A DNA stretch of 53,259 bases, from assembly GCA_036375895.1 (NCBI GenBank), contig DASVBJ010000299.1, forward strand, positions 1 to 53,259, in the 5' to 3' direction. Below the pieces are notes generated by a model that made no database searches, was not told where the DNA came from, and was given only the letters and a program-made list of their open reading frames with translations. Every line of letters begins with the position of its first letter. Within the stretch, counting starts at the first letter, position 1. The stretch comes from Actinomycetes bacterium (GTDB taxonomy: Bacteria > Actinomycetota > Actinomycetes > JACCUZ01). Both the position numbers and the translations under genes were made by a program. Of this stretch, positions 12,381 to 20,712 are shown piece after piece.

Positions 12381-12427
12381 GAAGGGGTCAGGGAAGGGGT
12401 CAGGGAAGGGGTCAGGGAAGGGGTCAG
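12376..12427. repeat. 12-bp tandem repeat, 4 copies plus a partial copy (plus strand TCAGGGAAGGGG; minus strand CCCCTTCCCTGA)
   Basis: Read directly. Units are at 12376, 12388, 12400 and 12412, with a partial unit at 12424. The unit at 12424 supplies the etfA TGA stop. The next three units each add another in-frame TGA. Confidence 0.9.
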
Positions 12428-13377
12428 CCCTTGCGGGCCTTGACCTTCTCGGTCAGCGCGGGGACGACCTCGTGCAGGTCGCCGACCACGCCGTAGTCGA
12501 CCAGCTCGAAGATCGGGGCCTCGGGGTCCTTGTTGATGGCCACGATGGTCTTCGAGGTCTGCATGCCGGCGCGGTGCTGGATGGCGCCGGAGATGCCGGC
12601 CGCGATGTAGAGCTGCGGCGACACCGTCTTGCCGGTCTGCCCGACCTGGTGCTGGTGCGGGTACCAGCCGGCGTCGGTGACCGCCCGGGACGCGCCGACG
12701 GCGGCGCCGAGCGAGTCGGCCAGCGCCTCGATGACGTCGAACTTCTCGGCCGAGCCGACGCCGCGGCCGCCGGACACGACGATCGCCGCCTCCGCCAGCT
12801 CGGGCCGCTCGCCCTTCTCCTCGACCACCCGGTCGGTGATCTTCGCGCCCTTGGCCGCGTCGGACAGCTCGACGGCCACGTCGGCGCGCTCGGCGGCAGC
12901 CGGCGCGGCCTCCGGGGCCGCGGAGTTGGGCCGCACGGTGATGATCGGAGTGCCCTTGCCGACCTTCGACCGGACGATCGTCGAGCCGCCGAACACCGAC
13001 TGCTCGGCCACCGGACCCTCGGCCAGGTCGGTGGCGTCGGTGATGACTCCGGAGCCGGTCTTGAGCGCCAGCCGCCCGGCGATCTCCTTGCCCTCGGCGC
13101 CCGACGCCAGCAGCACCGCGGCCGGCGACGCGTCGGCCACGATCTTCGCCAGGACCTCCGCCGCCGGGGCGACGAGGTACGACGACACCTCCGCGTCGTC
13201 GGCGACGTAGACCTTGGCCGCGCCGTACTCGGCCAGCCTGTCCTTGGCCTGGTCGAAGCCCGACCCGATGAACACCGCCGACGGCTCGCCGAGCCGCCGG
13301 GCGAGCGTCAGCAGCTCGAAGGTGACCTTCTTGACGTCACCGTCGACGTGGTCGACGAGAACGAGAACCTCTGCCAT
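12424..13377 (-). CDS. etfA: electron transfer flavoprotein alpha subunit
   Basis: 317 aa with a C-terminal FAD-binding region [19 protein letters not shown]. Directly downstream of etfB. Confidence 0.93.
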   Translation of the reverse strand: MAEVLVLVDHVDGDVKKVTFELLTLARRLGEPSAVFIGSGFDQAKDRLAEYGAAKVYVADDAEVSSYLVAPAAEVLAKIVADASPAAVLLASGAEGKEIAGRLALKTGSGVITDATDLAEGPVAEQSVFGGSTIVRSKVGKGTPIITVRPNSAAPEAAPAAAERADVAVELSDAAKGAKITDRVVEEKGERPELAEAAIVVSGGRGVGSAEKFDVIEALADSLGAAVGASRAVTDAGWYPHQHQVGQTGKTVSPQLYIAAGISGAIQHRAGMQTSKTIVAINKDPEAPIFELVDYGVVGDLHEVVPALTEKVKARKG

Positions 13378-13403
13378 GTCTAGTCAGATCCCTTCAAGCC
13401 CGC

Positions 13404-14186
13404 TCAGATGAACTTCTTGCTCGCGAGGAAGTCGGCGAGCTTGTCAGCGCCGTCACCCTCGTCCTTGACGATGGTCCCGGCCTGCCGCGGCGGTGCCGCC
13501 TCGAACGACTCGACCGTGCTCCACGCCCCGCCGAGCCCGACCTCTCCCGCGTCCACGCCGAGGTCGCCCAGCGACAGCGTCTCGACCGGCTTCTTCTTCG
13601 CGGCCATGATCCCCTTGAACGACGGGTACCGCGGCTCGTTGATCTTCTCGACCACGCTCACCACCGCCGGCAGGGAGGCCTGCACGACCTGGTAGCCGTC
13701 GTCGGTGAGCCGCTTGATCTTCACCGAGCCGCCCTCGACGGTGACCTCCTTGGCGAAGGTCAGCTGCGGCAGCCCGAGCCGCTCGGCCAGCATCGCCGGC
13801 ACCACGCTCATGCGCGCGTCCGACGACTCCGAGCCGAGCACCACGAGGTCGACCTGGCCGGCCTTCTCGACCGCCTTGGCCAGCGCCAGCGACGTGGCGA
13901 CCGCGTCCGAGCCGTGCAGCGCGTCGTCCACGACGTGGATCGCCTTGTCCGCGCCCATCGACAGCGCCTTGCGCACCGTCTCGGTCGCGGCGTCCGGGCC
14001 CATGCACAGCACGGTCACCTCGCCGCCCTGCGCCTCCTGGATCTTCAGCGCCTCCTCGACGGCGTACTCGTCCATCTCGTTCATCACCGGGTCGGTGGCT
14101 CCCCGGTCCAGCGTGTTGTCAGCGGGGTTGAGCTTCTTCTCGGACCAGGTGTCCGGGACCTGCTTCACGCAGACGACGATGTTCAT
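13404..14186 (-). CDS. etfB: electron transfer flavoprotein beta subunit
   Basis: 260 aa starting MNIVVCVKQVPDTWSEKKL, the typical EtfB/FixA N-terminus. Confidence 0.93.
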   Translation of the reverse strand: MNIVVCVKQVPDTWSEKKLNPADNTLDRGATDPVMNEMDEYAVEEALKIQEAQGGEVTVLCMGPDAATETVRKALSMGADKAIHVVDDALHGSDAVATSLALAKAVEKAGQVDLVVLGSESSDARMSVVPAMLAERLGLPQLTFAKEVTVEGGSVKIKRLTDDGYQVVQASLPAVVSVVEKINEPRYPSFKGIMAAKKKPVETLSLGDLGVDAGEVGLGGAWSTVESFEAAPPRQAGTIVKDEGDGADKLADFLASKKFI

Positions 14187-14351
14187 CCGGTTGCCGATCT
14201 CCCAGTGGTGACGGTCGGGGTGCGCGGGGCATCGCCTCGCGCGGGGGCAGTCACGATGCCAGCCGGTCCCGGCGGGCCCGACAGCGGGTTCCTGCCCCTG
14301 TCGCCGGACATGTTACCCGCCAGTAGCAAAGCCGCAAACCCCGGGTACGCC

Positions 14352-14381
14352 GAGGGGGCGCCCCGATCGGGACGCCCCCTC
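14352..14381 (-). terminator. GC-rich stem-loop after secreted-protein gene 1 (no U-tract)
   Basis: GAGGGGGCG (14352-14360) pairs with CGCCCCCTC (14373-14381). The loop contains the palindrome CCCGATCGGG. It lies 14 nt downstream of the stop at 14396. Confidence 0.5.
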
Positions 14382-14395
14382 GACGCGCTCGGTGG

Positions 14396-14815
14396 TCACT
14401 CCATCGGGAAGTCCACCCCGCACGCGGCGTAGCTGCCGACGATCAGCTCGCCGTAGGCGTCGAACAGGTGGTCGATGCCCTTGCCGTCGGTCAGGTTCGA
14501 CGTCGGCGCGTTCTCGGCCAGCGTGTGCGGACCCGCCACGTGGATCACGAACGACTCCGGGCCACCGCCCGCGAAGTAGTGCTCGAGGATGCACTGGCCG
14601 GTCGCCTCGTCGTACATCCCGGACCCCACCTCCTCGGCGATGACGTCGCTGACCACCAGCGTGAACCAGGCGTGCGACCTCGTCCCCGCCATCGCGTCGC
14701 CCTGGTCCGACCGGCTCGCGTTGAAGCACTCGTGCGCGAGCGCCGCGCCGGATCCGGCGAGCAGCAGCGCCCCCGTGGAGACGACGACCGCCCCCGCACG
14801 CATGAACGACCTCAT
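14396..14815 (-). CDS. secreted small protein of unknown function (HECF family, copy 1)
   Basis: ATG 14815 is preceded by GGGGGAGGG. Signal-peptide-like MRSFMRAGAVVVSTGALLLAGSGAALA is followed by HECF. Paralog of 14979-15407. Confidence 0.6.
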   Translation of the reverse strand: MRSFMRAGAVVVSTGALLLAGSGAALAHECFNASRSDQGDAMAGTRSHAWFTLVVSDVIAEEVGSGMYDEATGQCILEHYFAGGGPESFVIHVAGPHTLAENAPTSNLTDGKGIDHLFDAYGELIVGSYAACGVDFPME

Positions 14816-14931
14816 GAACCCTCCCCCTCGTTCGGCGTCGAGCACGACCCCCCGAGGCCCGACGCAATCCGTGCAGTCAACAGCATTCCGGCACGAGAGG
14901 GCATGACCCGTTCGGACTATCCGCGTACGGC

Positions 14932-14964
14932 GAGGGGTGCCCGCCCCAGGGACGGACACCCCTC
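14932..14964 (-). terminator. GC-rich stem-loop after secreted-protein gene 2 (no U-tract)
   Basis: GAGGGGTG (14932-14939) pairs with CACCCCTC (14957-14964). It lies 14 nt downstream of the stop at 14979. Confidence 0.45.
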
Positions 14965-14978
14965 GACCCGAGCACGTC

Positions 14979-15407
14979 TCAGCCGCCCAGGCACTGACCC
15001 AGGATCGCGCCGACCGCCGCGCCGTACACGTCCTCGGCGTGGTCGATGCCCTTCCCGTCGGAGGCCAGGCCGGTCGCGAAGTTCGGGTTGTTCTCCGCGA
15101 TCACGTTGTCCTGGCCGACCGCCTGCTTGCCACCCACGACGATGTAGTCGGGCAGGGTCGGGTCCGACTTCCACGCCGCCACGGCGCACTCGTACGGCGG
15201 CGACCCCACGGGCAGCCCGATGATCTCGCCGAAGAGAACCTCGGGAGTAACCGTGAACCAGGCAGCGGAGTGCTCGGACACTGCCGCGTTGCCCTGGGCG
15301 GAGCGGTTGGCAACGAAGCACTCGTGCGCCGATGCGACGCCGCTGCCTCCGAGGAACACGACGCCGGCCGTGCCGGCCACCAAGATCGCGCGTCCTACGA
15401 CTCGCAT
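14979..15407 (-). CDS. secreted small protein of unknown function (HECF family, copy 2)
   Basis: ATG 15407 is preceded by GGAGAGGGG. Signal-peptide-like MRVVGRAILVAGTAGVVFLGGSGVASA is followed by HECF. Shares the AWFT, AEN.P and DGKGIDH motifs with copy 1. Confidence 0.6.
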   Translation of the reverse strand: MRVVGRAILVAGTAGVVFLGGSGVASAHECFVANRSAQGNAAVSEHSAAWFTVTPEVLFGEIIGLPVGSPPYECAVAAWKSDPTLPDYIVVGGKQAVGQDNVIAENNPNFATGLASDGKGIDHAEDVYGAAVGAILGQCLGG

Positions 15408-15573
15408 GATTACCCCTCTCCAGCGCCGCCGGCGCCAGGCTCGACCCGAGTAGATGGCCGGCACGGCGGCCCTTCCTGGCGGCGCCCCGGTCCGCGTCAT
15501 TGCAGCGCCGGGCACGGCCGGGCCGCACCACCCATCCGTCCTAGTCACCGGACCGCTGTGCCACCCTGCATGG

Positions 15574-16296
15574 GTGACGAGCCCGCCGCTGCCGCTGACC
15601 GGCGAGCGGACGCTGCCCGGGCTGGCCGAGGAGAACTACTGGTTCCGCCGACACGAGGCGGTCTACGAACTGTTCGCGCCGCTGTGCCGCGACGCGACGG
15701 TCCTGGAGGCCGGCTGCGGGGAGGGGTACGGCGGCCAGCGGCTGCACGACGCCGGCGCCCGCATCGTCGTCGGGGTCGACTGCGACGGGCCCACCCTCGC
15801 GCACCTGCACACGGCCTACCCCGCGCTGGCTCCGGTGCGGGCGAACCTGGTGGCCCTGCCGCTGCGCGACGAGTCGGTCGACGTGGTCGTGTGCTCGCAG
15901 GTGGTGGAGCACCTGTGGGACCAGCCCGGGTTCGTCGGCGAGTGCGCGCGGGTGCTGCGCCCGGGGGGCCGGCTGCTGATCAGCACCCCGAACCGGCTCA
16001 CCTTCCCGCCCGGCAACATCTTTCACAGCCGCGAGCTCGACCCGGCGGAGCTGGTGTCGCTGGTGGGTGCCGCCCTCGACGTACGCCGGGTGCTGGGCGT
16101 CTCGCACGGGCCGCGCCTGCGCCGCTGGGAGGCGCAGCACGGCGACCTCGTCGGCGCGCAGATCGCACGGCCGCCGGCGGAATGGGACCGCGAGCTGCGG
16201 GAGCTGGTCGGCTCGGTGTCGGCCGCGGACTTCGTCGTCGGCGAGCACGCCGTCGACGCGAGCCTCGACCTCGTCGTCGTCGCGGAGCGGCCGTGA
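15574..16296 (+). CDS. class I SAM-dependent methyltransferase (Rv3030-like)
   Basis: SAM motif VLEAGCGEGYG, then LRPGGRLLIS. Start is uncertain (GTG 15574 chosen; ATG 15454 opens the ORF). Stop overlaps the GH57 start (GTGA). Confidence 0.8.
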   Translation: MTSPPLPLTGERTLPGLAEENYWFRRHEAVYELFAPLCRDATVLEAGCGEGYGGQRLHDAGARIVVGVDCDGPTLAHLHTAYPALAPVRANLVALPLRDESVDVVVCSQVVEHLWDQPGFVGECARVLRPGGRLLISTPNRLTFPPGNIFHSRELDPAELVSLVGAALDVRRVLGVSHGPRLRRWEAQHGDLVGAQIARPPAEWDRELRELVGSVSAADFVVGEHAVDASLDLVVVAERP

Positions 16297-17837
16297 CCCG
16301 ACGGCCCGTCGGCACGCTCTGCGTGGTGCTGCACACCCACCTGCCCTGGGTCGCGCACCACGGCACGTGGCCGGTGGGTGAGGAGTGGCTGCACCAGGCG
16401 TGGTCCTCGTCGTACCTGCCGCTCGTCGAGGTCCTGCACCGGCTGGCCGAGGACGGCATGCGCGACGTGCTGACTCTCGGCCTCACCCCCGTCCTCGCGG
16501 CCCAGCTCGACGACCCGTACTGCCTGCGCGAGCACCACTCGTGGCTCGGCCGGTGGCGGCTGCGGGCCGAGGAGCTGGCGGGGCGGCGCGAGCCGCACCT
16601 GCGCGAGCTGGCGTCGTACGAGTTCAGGGCGGCCGAGCGGGCTTTGACGGCCTTCGCCGGCCGCTGGGCGCACGGGGGGTCGGCCGCGCTCCGCCCGCTC
16701 GTCGACGCCGGCGTGGTCGAGCACCTCGGCGGCCCGGCGACCCATCCCATCCAGCCGTTGCTGCCGGAGCCGGTCGCGCGGTTCGCGCTGCGCACCGGTC
16801 TCGACGACGCCGCACTGCGGCTCGGGCACCGACCGCGAGGCATCTGGGCACCGGAGTGCGCGTACCGGCCCGGCCTCGAGGAGCTCTACGCCGAGCAGGG
16901 CGTGACGCACTTCCTGGTCGACCAGCCGCTGCTCGAGGCGGCCGGGGTCGGCACCGGGAGCCCCTGGCGGCTGGGCACCGGCGACGTCACGGTCGTCGGG
17001 CGCGACCTCGCGCTGACGGACCGCATCTGGTCGTCCCGCAGCGGCTACCCCGCCGGCTCGGCGTACCGCGACTTCCACACCTTCGACCACGACTCGGGGT
17101 TCCGGCCCGCGCAGGTGACGGGTCCCGCGGTCGCGCCGCGGGACAAGCTGCCGTACGACCCGGACGCGGCCCTGGCCCACACCCGCAAGGACGCCCACGA
17201 CTTCGTCGACGCGGTGCATCGCAGGCTGCGCGCCGTGGCGGACGCCCAGGGCGGGCGGCCGGGCCTCGCCGTCGTCGCGTACGACACCGAGCTGTTCGGG
17301 CACTGGTGGCACGAGGGGCCGGCCTTCCTGGAGCAGGTCCTGCGGCTGCTCCCCCAGGCGGGCGTGCGCCTGGCCACCCTCGGACAGGCGGTCGCTGACC
17401 TGCCGGCCGGGACGGCCCGGCTCGGCACCGGCTCGTGGGGCGCGGGCAAGGACCTGCGGATCTGGGCGGGTGAGCAGGTGCACGACCTGGCCCGTGCGGG
17501 CGAGGCGGTCACGTCCCGGCTGCAGCGGGTCGCCGCGCGGGTCGGCGCACCGGGGACGCCACGGCGTACGGCCCTGGACCAGCTCGGCCGCGAGGCCCTC
17601 CTCGCCCTGTCGAGCGACTGGGCCTTCATGGTGTCGCGGGACAGCGCGGCGGGGTACGCGCGGGAGCGGGCCCTGCTGCACGCCCGCCGCTTCCACGAGC
17701 TGGCCGACCTCCTGGATCGTGGCGAGCCCTCGGTGGGCGCGGTGGCCGCACGTCAGCGCGAGACGGACGGGCCGTTCGCGCACCTCGACGGCCGGCTGGC
17801 GGCGCCGGGCCGAGCCGGTTCTGCGCGGCGGGCATGA
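16293..17837 (+). CDS. GH57-family alpha-glucan branching/processing enzyme (Rv3031-like)
   Basis: 514 aa from GTG 16293, beginning VTRRPVGTLCVVLHTHLPWVAHHGTWPVGEEWL (GH57 HxHLP motif). It is the C-terminal part of the run-on ORF 14937-17837. Confidence 0.8.
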   Translation: MTRRPVGTLCVVLHTHLPWVAHHGTWPVGEEWLHQAWSSSYLPLVEVLHRLAEDGMRDVLTLGLTPVLAAQLDDPYCLREHHSWLGRWRLRAEELAGRREPHLRELASYEFRAAERALTAFAGRWAHGGSAALRPLVDAGVVEHLGGPATHPIQPLLPEPVARFALRTGLDDAALRLGHRPRGIWAPECAYRPGLEELYAEQGVTHFLVDQPLLEAAGVGTGSPWRLGTGDVTVVGRDLALTDRIWSSRSGYPAGSAYRDFHTFDHDSGFRPAQVTGPAVAPRDKLPYDPDAALAHTRKDAHDFVDAVHRRLRAVADAQGGRPGLAVVAYDTELFGHWWHEGPAFLEQVLRLLPQAGVRLATLGQAVADLPAGTARLGTGSWGAGKDLRIWAGEQVHDLARAGEAVTSRLQRVAARVGAPGTPRRTALDQLGREALLALSSDWAFMVSRDSAAGYARERALLHARRFHELADLLDRGEPSVGAVAARQRETDGPFAHLDGRLAAPGRAGSARRA

Positions 17838-17889
17838 CCTGAGCCCGCACCGGGAAGAGGGACCGACGAGTCCCCTGTGAGGTGTGCCA

Positions 17890-18051
17890 GTGAACCGTCT
17901 CGTCTCGCTCGTCGTGCTGACCGCTGCCTTCGCACCGGCCGCCGTCCTCGGCGCCTTGCCGCTGGTCGTCCCGGTGGTTGGCGGCCTGACCCTGCTGCTC
18001 ACGCTGCTCGTGCGGGAGCCGGCTTCCGAGGAGGACGGCGGCCGCCGGTGA
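17890..18051 (+). CDS. putative small hydrophobic protein A (53 aa)
   Basis: Not in the ORF track (<60 aa). Reads MNRLVSLVVLTAAFAPAAVLGALPLVVPVVGGLTLLLTLLVREPASEEDGGRR. Codon position 3 is almost all G/C. GAGG lies 7 nt upstream. Stop overlaps the next start (GTGA 18048-18051). Confidence 0.35.
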   Translation: MNRLVSLVVLTAAFAPAAVLGALPLVVPVVGGLTLLLTLLVREPASEEDGGRR

Positions 18052-18182
18052 TCCGCGGTGCCGCCCTGTTGGTCCTGAGCCTCGGTCTCTTCCCCGCGTC
18101 GGTCGCCGGGCCGCCGTTCTTCGCGATCATGACCGTCGCCGCGCTCTCGGTAGCCGGCTCCTGGGCCGCCCGCGCCGACTGA
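18048..18182 (+). CDS. putative small hydrophobic protein B (44 aa)
   Basis: Reads MIRGAALLVLSLGLFPASVAGPPFFAIMTVAALSVAGSWAARAD with high GC3. It is the C-terminal hydrophobic part of ORF 17877-18182, whose N-terminal part is Arg-rich junk. Confidence 0.35.
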   Translation: MIRGAALLVLSLGLFPASVAGPPFFAIMTVAALSVAGSWAARAD

Positions 18183-18192
18183 CCGCCTGGCG

Positions 18193-18933
18193 TCAGGTGG
18201 CCGGCGGGCCGTCCGCGGCCTGAGCCCCCCGCGCCGACTCGGCGGCCGCCGCCGCCTTCGCGGCCATGTCGCGCAAGGCCGCCCGATGCGCCTCGGCCGC
18301 CGCGTAGTCCTCGCGCCGGTCCGCGACGACCCGCCCGGGCACGCCCGCCACCACGCTGTACGGCGGGATCTCGCCGCGTGCGACCACGTGGGCGGCCAGC
18401 ACGCTGCCGTCCCCGACCGTCGTGCCGCGCAGCACGGAGGCCTTCACGCCCACCCACACGTCCGCCCCGATCCGCACCGGCGCCTTCACGATGCCCTGGT
18501 CCTTGATCGGGCGGTGGATGTCGTCGAACCGGTGGTCGAAGTCGCACATGTAGACCCAGTCGGCGACGATCGCGCGCGGGCCGATCTCGAGGTCGAGGTA
18601 GCAGTTGAGCGTGTTCTCCCGACCGAAGACCGCCTTGTCGCCGATCCGCAGCGTGCCCTCGTGCGCCCGCAGGCTGTTGCCGTCGCCGAGGTGCACCCAC
18701 CGGCCGAGCACGATGCGGCCGTAGCCCCGCCGCGCCACCAGCTCGACCCGACGGCCCAGGAACACGAACCCCTCGGTCACGACCTCCGGGTGGCGCAGAC
18801 GCAGCAGCAGGAAGCGCCAGTAGCGGATCAGGTAGAACGGCGTCCAGGCCCGGTTGCGGACCACCCAGCGCAGGCTCGCCGGCGACACGTAGGACCGCAG
18901 CGGCAGCTGGCGGGGGTCACGGGCGCGCGGCAC
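18193..18933 (-). CDS. left-handed beta-helix (hexapeptide) acyl/acetyltransferase (Rv3034c-like)
   Basis: 246 aa with hexapeptide-repeat region VRIGADVWVGVKASVLRGTTVGDGSVLAAHVVARGEIPPYSVVAGVPGRVV. GTG start at 18933. Confidence 0.75.
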   Translation of the reverse strand: MPRARDPRQLPLRSYVSPASLRWVVRNRAWTPFYLIRYWRFLLLRLRHPEVVTEGFVFLGRRVELVARRGYGRIVLGRWVHLGDGNSLRAHEGTLRIGDKAVFGRENTLNCYLDLEIGPRAIVADWVYMCDFDHRFDDIHRPIKDQGIVKAPVRIGADVWVGVKASVLRGTTVGDGSVLAAHVVARGEIPPYSVVAGVPGRVVADRREDYAAAEAHRAALRDMAAKAAAAAESARGAQAADGPPAT

Positions 18934-18955
18934 GGCGTACGACGCTAGCGGGGCG

Positions 18956-19927
18956 TCAGCCCGGGCGGGTGCCGGTCACCAGCACGTTGTAGAAGAGCCG
19001 CTGAGGCACCACGCGGGACAGTGCCCGGTCGACCGCCGACAGCCGCTGCCAGGACCGGTAGGCGAACGTCGCCCAGCGCAGGCCCAGCCGGTCCGGGTTG
19101 ACCGCCACCTCGAAGGTCCGCGCCGGCCAGCCGAAGAACGCGGCCGTGAGCTCCTCGGTCTCGGTGCGCACGTCGACGGCGCCGGCGCGCAGCGCGGTCG
19201 CGGCGAGGTCGCGCGGGTCGAAGGTGTGCAGGTCCACGACCGCCTCCAGGGCGGCCGCCCGGGACGACTCGGCCAGCTCGCCCTGCGGTCGCGACCACCG
19301 GTCCCGCAGCCCCGGCAGCCGGGTGGCACGGGTGGTCGCGGCCCAGGTCAGCCGCCCCAGCCGGCGGGCGTACCAGTCCCCGATGCGGGTCGGCTCCCCC
19401 GCGAAGACGAAGCGACCGCCCGGCTTGAGGACGCGCAGGACCTCGCGCAGCGCGAGCTCGACGTCCGGGATGTGGTGGAGCACGGCGTGCCCGACGACCA
19501 GGTCGAAGGTCTCGTCGTCGTACGGGATCGACTCGGCGTCGGCCACCCTGCCCTCGACGTCGATGCCGAGCGACGCGCCGTTGCGCACCGCCGCCTGCAC
19601 CATGCCCGGGGAGAGGTCGGTGACGTGACCTTCGTCGAGGACACCCGCCTGCTTGAGGTTCAGCAGGAAGAAGCCCGTGCCGCATCCGAGCTCGAGCGCC
19701 CGGCCGTACGGCCACCCCTCGGTGCCGGCGATGGCGGCGAACCGGTCACGGGCGTAGGAGATGCAGCGCTCGTCGTAGGAGATCCCCCACTTCTCGTCGT
19801 AGGTCGACGCCTCCCAGTCGTGGTAGATCACGTTGGCGAGCTTGGGATCCTTCCAGGCCCGCTTCAGCTCCTCCTCCGTGGGCTCGCCGCTCACCGGCAC
19901 GCTCGTCACGGTCTCACCGGCCGCCAT
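18956..19927 (-). CDS. class I SAM-dependent methyltransferase (Rv3037c-like)
   Basis: 323 aa with SAM motif ALELGCGTGFFLLNL, then LKPGGRFVFAGEP. ATG overlaps the echA stop (ATGA at 19925-19929). Confidence 0.8.
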   Translation of the reverse strand: MAAGETVTSVPVSGEPTEEELKRAWKDPKLANVIYHDWEASTYDEKWGISYDERCISYARDRFAAIAGTEGWPYGRALELGCGTGFFLLNLKQAGVLDEGHVTDLSPGMVQAAVRNGASLGIDVEGRVADAESIPYDDETFDLVVGHAVLHHIPDVELALREVLRVLKPGGRFVFAGEPTRIGDWYARRLGRLTWAATTRATRLPGLRDRWSRPQGELAESSRAAALEAVVDLHTFDPRDLAATALRAGAVDVRTETEELTAAFFGWPARTFEVAVNPDRLGLRWATFAYRSWQRLSAVDRALSRVVPQRLFYNVLVTGTRPG

Positions 19928-20712
19928 CAGCGACCCACGAACGTGGCCTTGCCCGGGCCATGCTCGACGAAGGAGGTCATCCCGATGGTGCGGTCCTCGG
20001 TGGCGAACAGCGCCGAGAACTGCAGCCGCTCGATCTCCAGCCCGGTCTCGAGATCGGTCTCCAGGCCCCGGTCGACGGCCTCCTTGGCGGCCCGCAGGGC
20101 GTACGCCGGTCCGCCGACGTAGCGGGCGACCATCTCCCGCGCCGCGGAGTAGACCTCGTCGGCCGGCACGACCTTGTCGACCAGCCCGATGCGCAGCGCC
20201 TCGTCGGCGTCGACGAACCGCCCGCTGAAGATGATCTCCTTGGCACGGGAGGGGCCGACGAGCCGCGGCAGGCGCTGCGTGCCGCCGGCGCCGGGGATGA
20301 CCCCGAGCAGGATCTCGGGCTGGCCCAGCTTCGCGTTGTCGCCGCAGACCCGGAAGTCGGCGCAGAGCGCGAGCTCGCAGCCGCCCCCCAGCGCGTAGCC
20401 GGTGACGGCGGCCACGACGGGCTTGGGGATGCGGGCGACCGCGGTGAGCGCGGTCTGCAGGGCAGCGGACCGGTCGGCCATGTCGGTGTAGGACATGGCG
20501 GCCATCTGCTTGATGTCGGCGCCGGCAGCGAACACCTTCTCCCCGCCGTACAGGACGACCGCGGAGACCTCGGGGCTCTCGGACGCGGCGTGCGCCGCCG
20601 CCCGCAGCTCCTCCTGGAGCTGGACGTTCAGGGCGTTCATCGGGGGCCGGTCCAGCCGGATCGTGCCGATCCCGCCGTCCACCTCGAGCCGCACGAACTC
20701 GCCGTTGGTCAC
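19927..20712 (-). CDS. enoyl-CoA hydratase/isomerase family protein
   Basis: 261 aa from GTG 20712 (GAGGAGG 6 nt upstream). Crotonase motifs are FAAGADIKQM and GYALGGGCELALCADFR. It is the C-terminal part of the run-on ORF 19927-22959. Confidence 0.88.
   Translation of the reverse strand: MTNGEFVRLEVDGGIGTIRLDRPPMNALNVQLQEELRAAAHAASESPEVSAVVLYGGEKVFAAGADIKQMAAMSYTDMADRSAALQTALTAVARIPKPVVAAVTGYALGGGCELALCADFRVCGDNAKLGQPEILLGVIPGAGGTQRLPRLVGPSRAKEIIFSGRFVDADEALRIGLVDKVVPADEVYSAAREMVARYVGGPAYALRAAKEAVDRGLETDLETGLEIERLQFSALFATEDRTIGMTSFVEHGPGKATFVGR

Noticed and set aside
12376-12427. Possible CRISPR array
   Set aside because: The 12-bp units are directly contiguous with no spacers. There are only four copies and no cas genes in the window.
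11165-12496. 443-aa plus-strand ORF ending in [16 protein letters not shown]
   Set aside because: It is antisense to iscS. The GRGQ run is just the translation of the 12-bp intergenic tandem repeat.
14937-16292. N-terminal 452 aa of ORF 14937-17837
   Set aside because: It overlaps the secreted-protein gene and the methyltransferase in other frames and has Arg/Pro/Gly-rich composition. The GH57 homology starts at GTG 16293.
17877-18047. N-terminal part of ORF 17877-18182
   Set aside because: This segment is Arg-rich and overlaps small ORF A, which has far better codon bias. Only the hydrophobic C-terminal 44 aa from GTG 18048 look coding.
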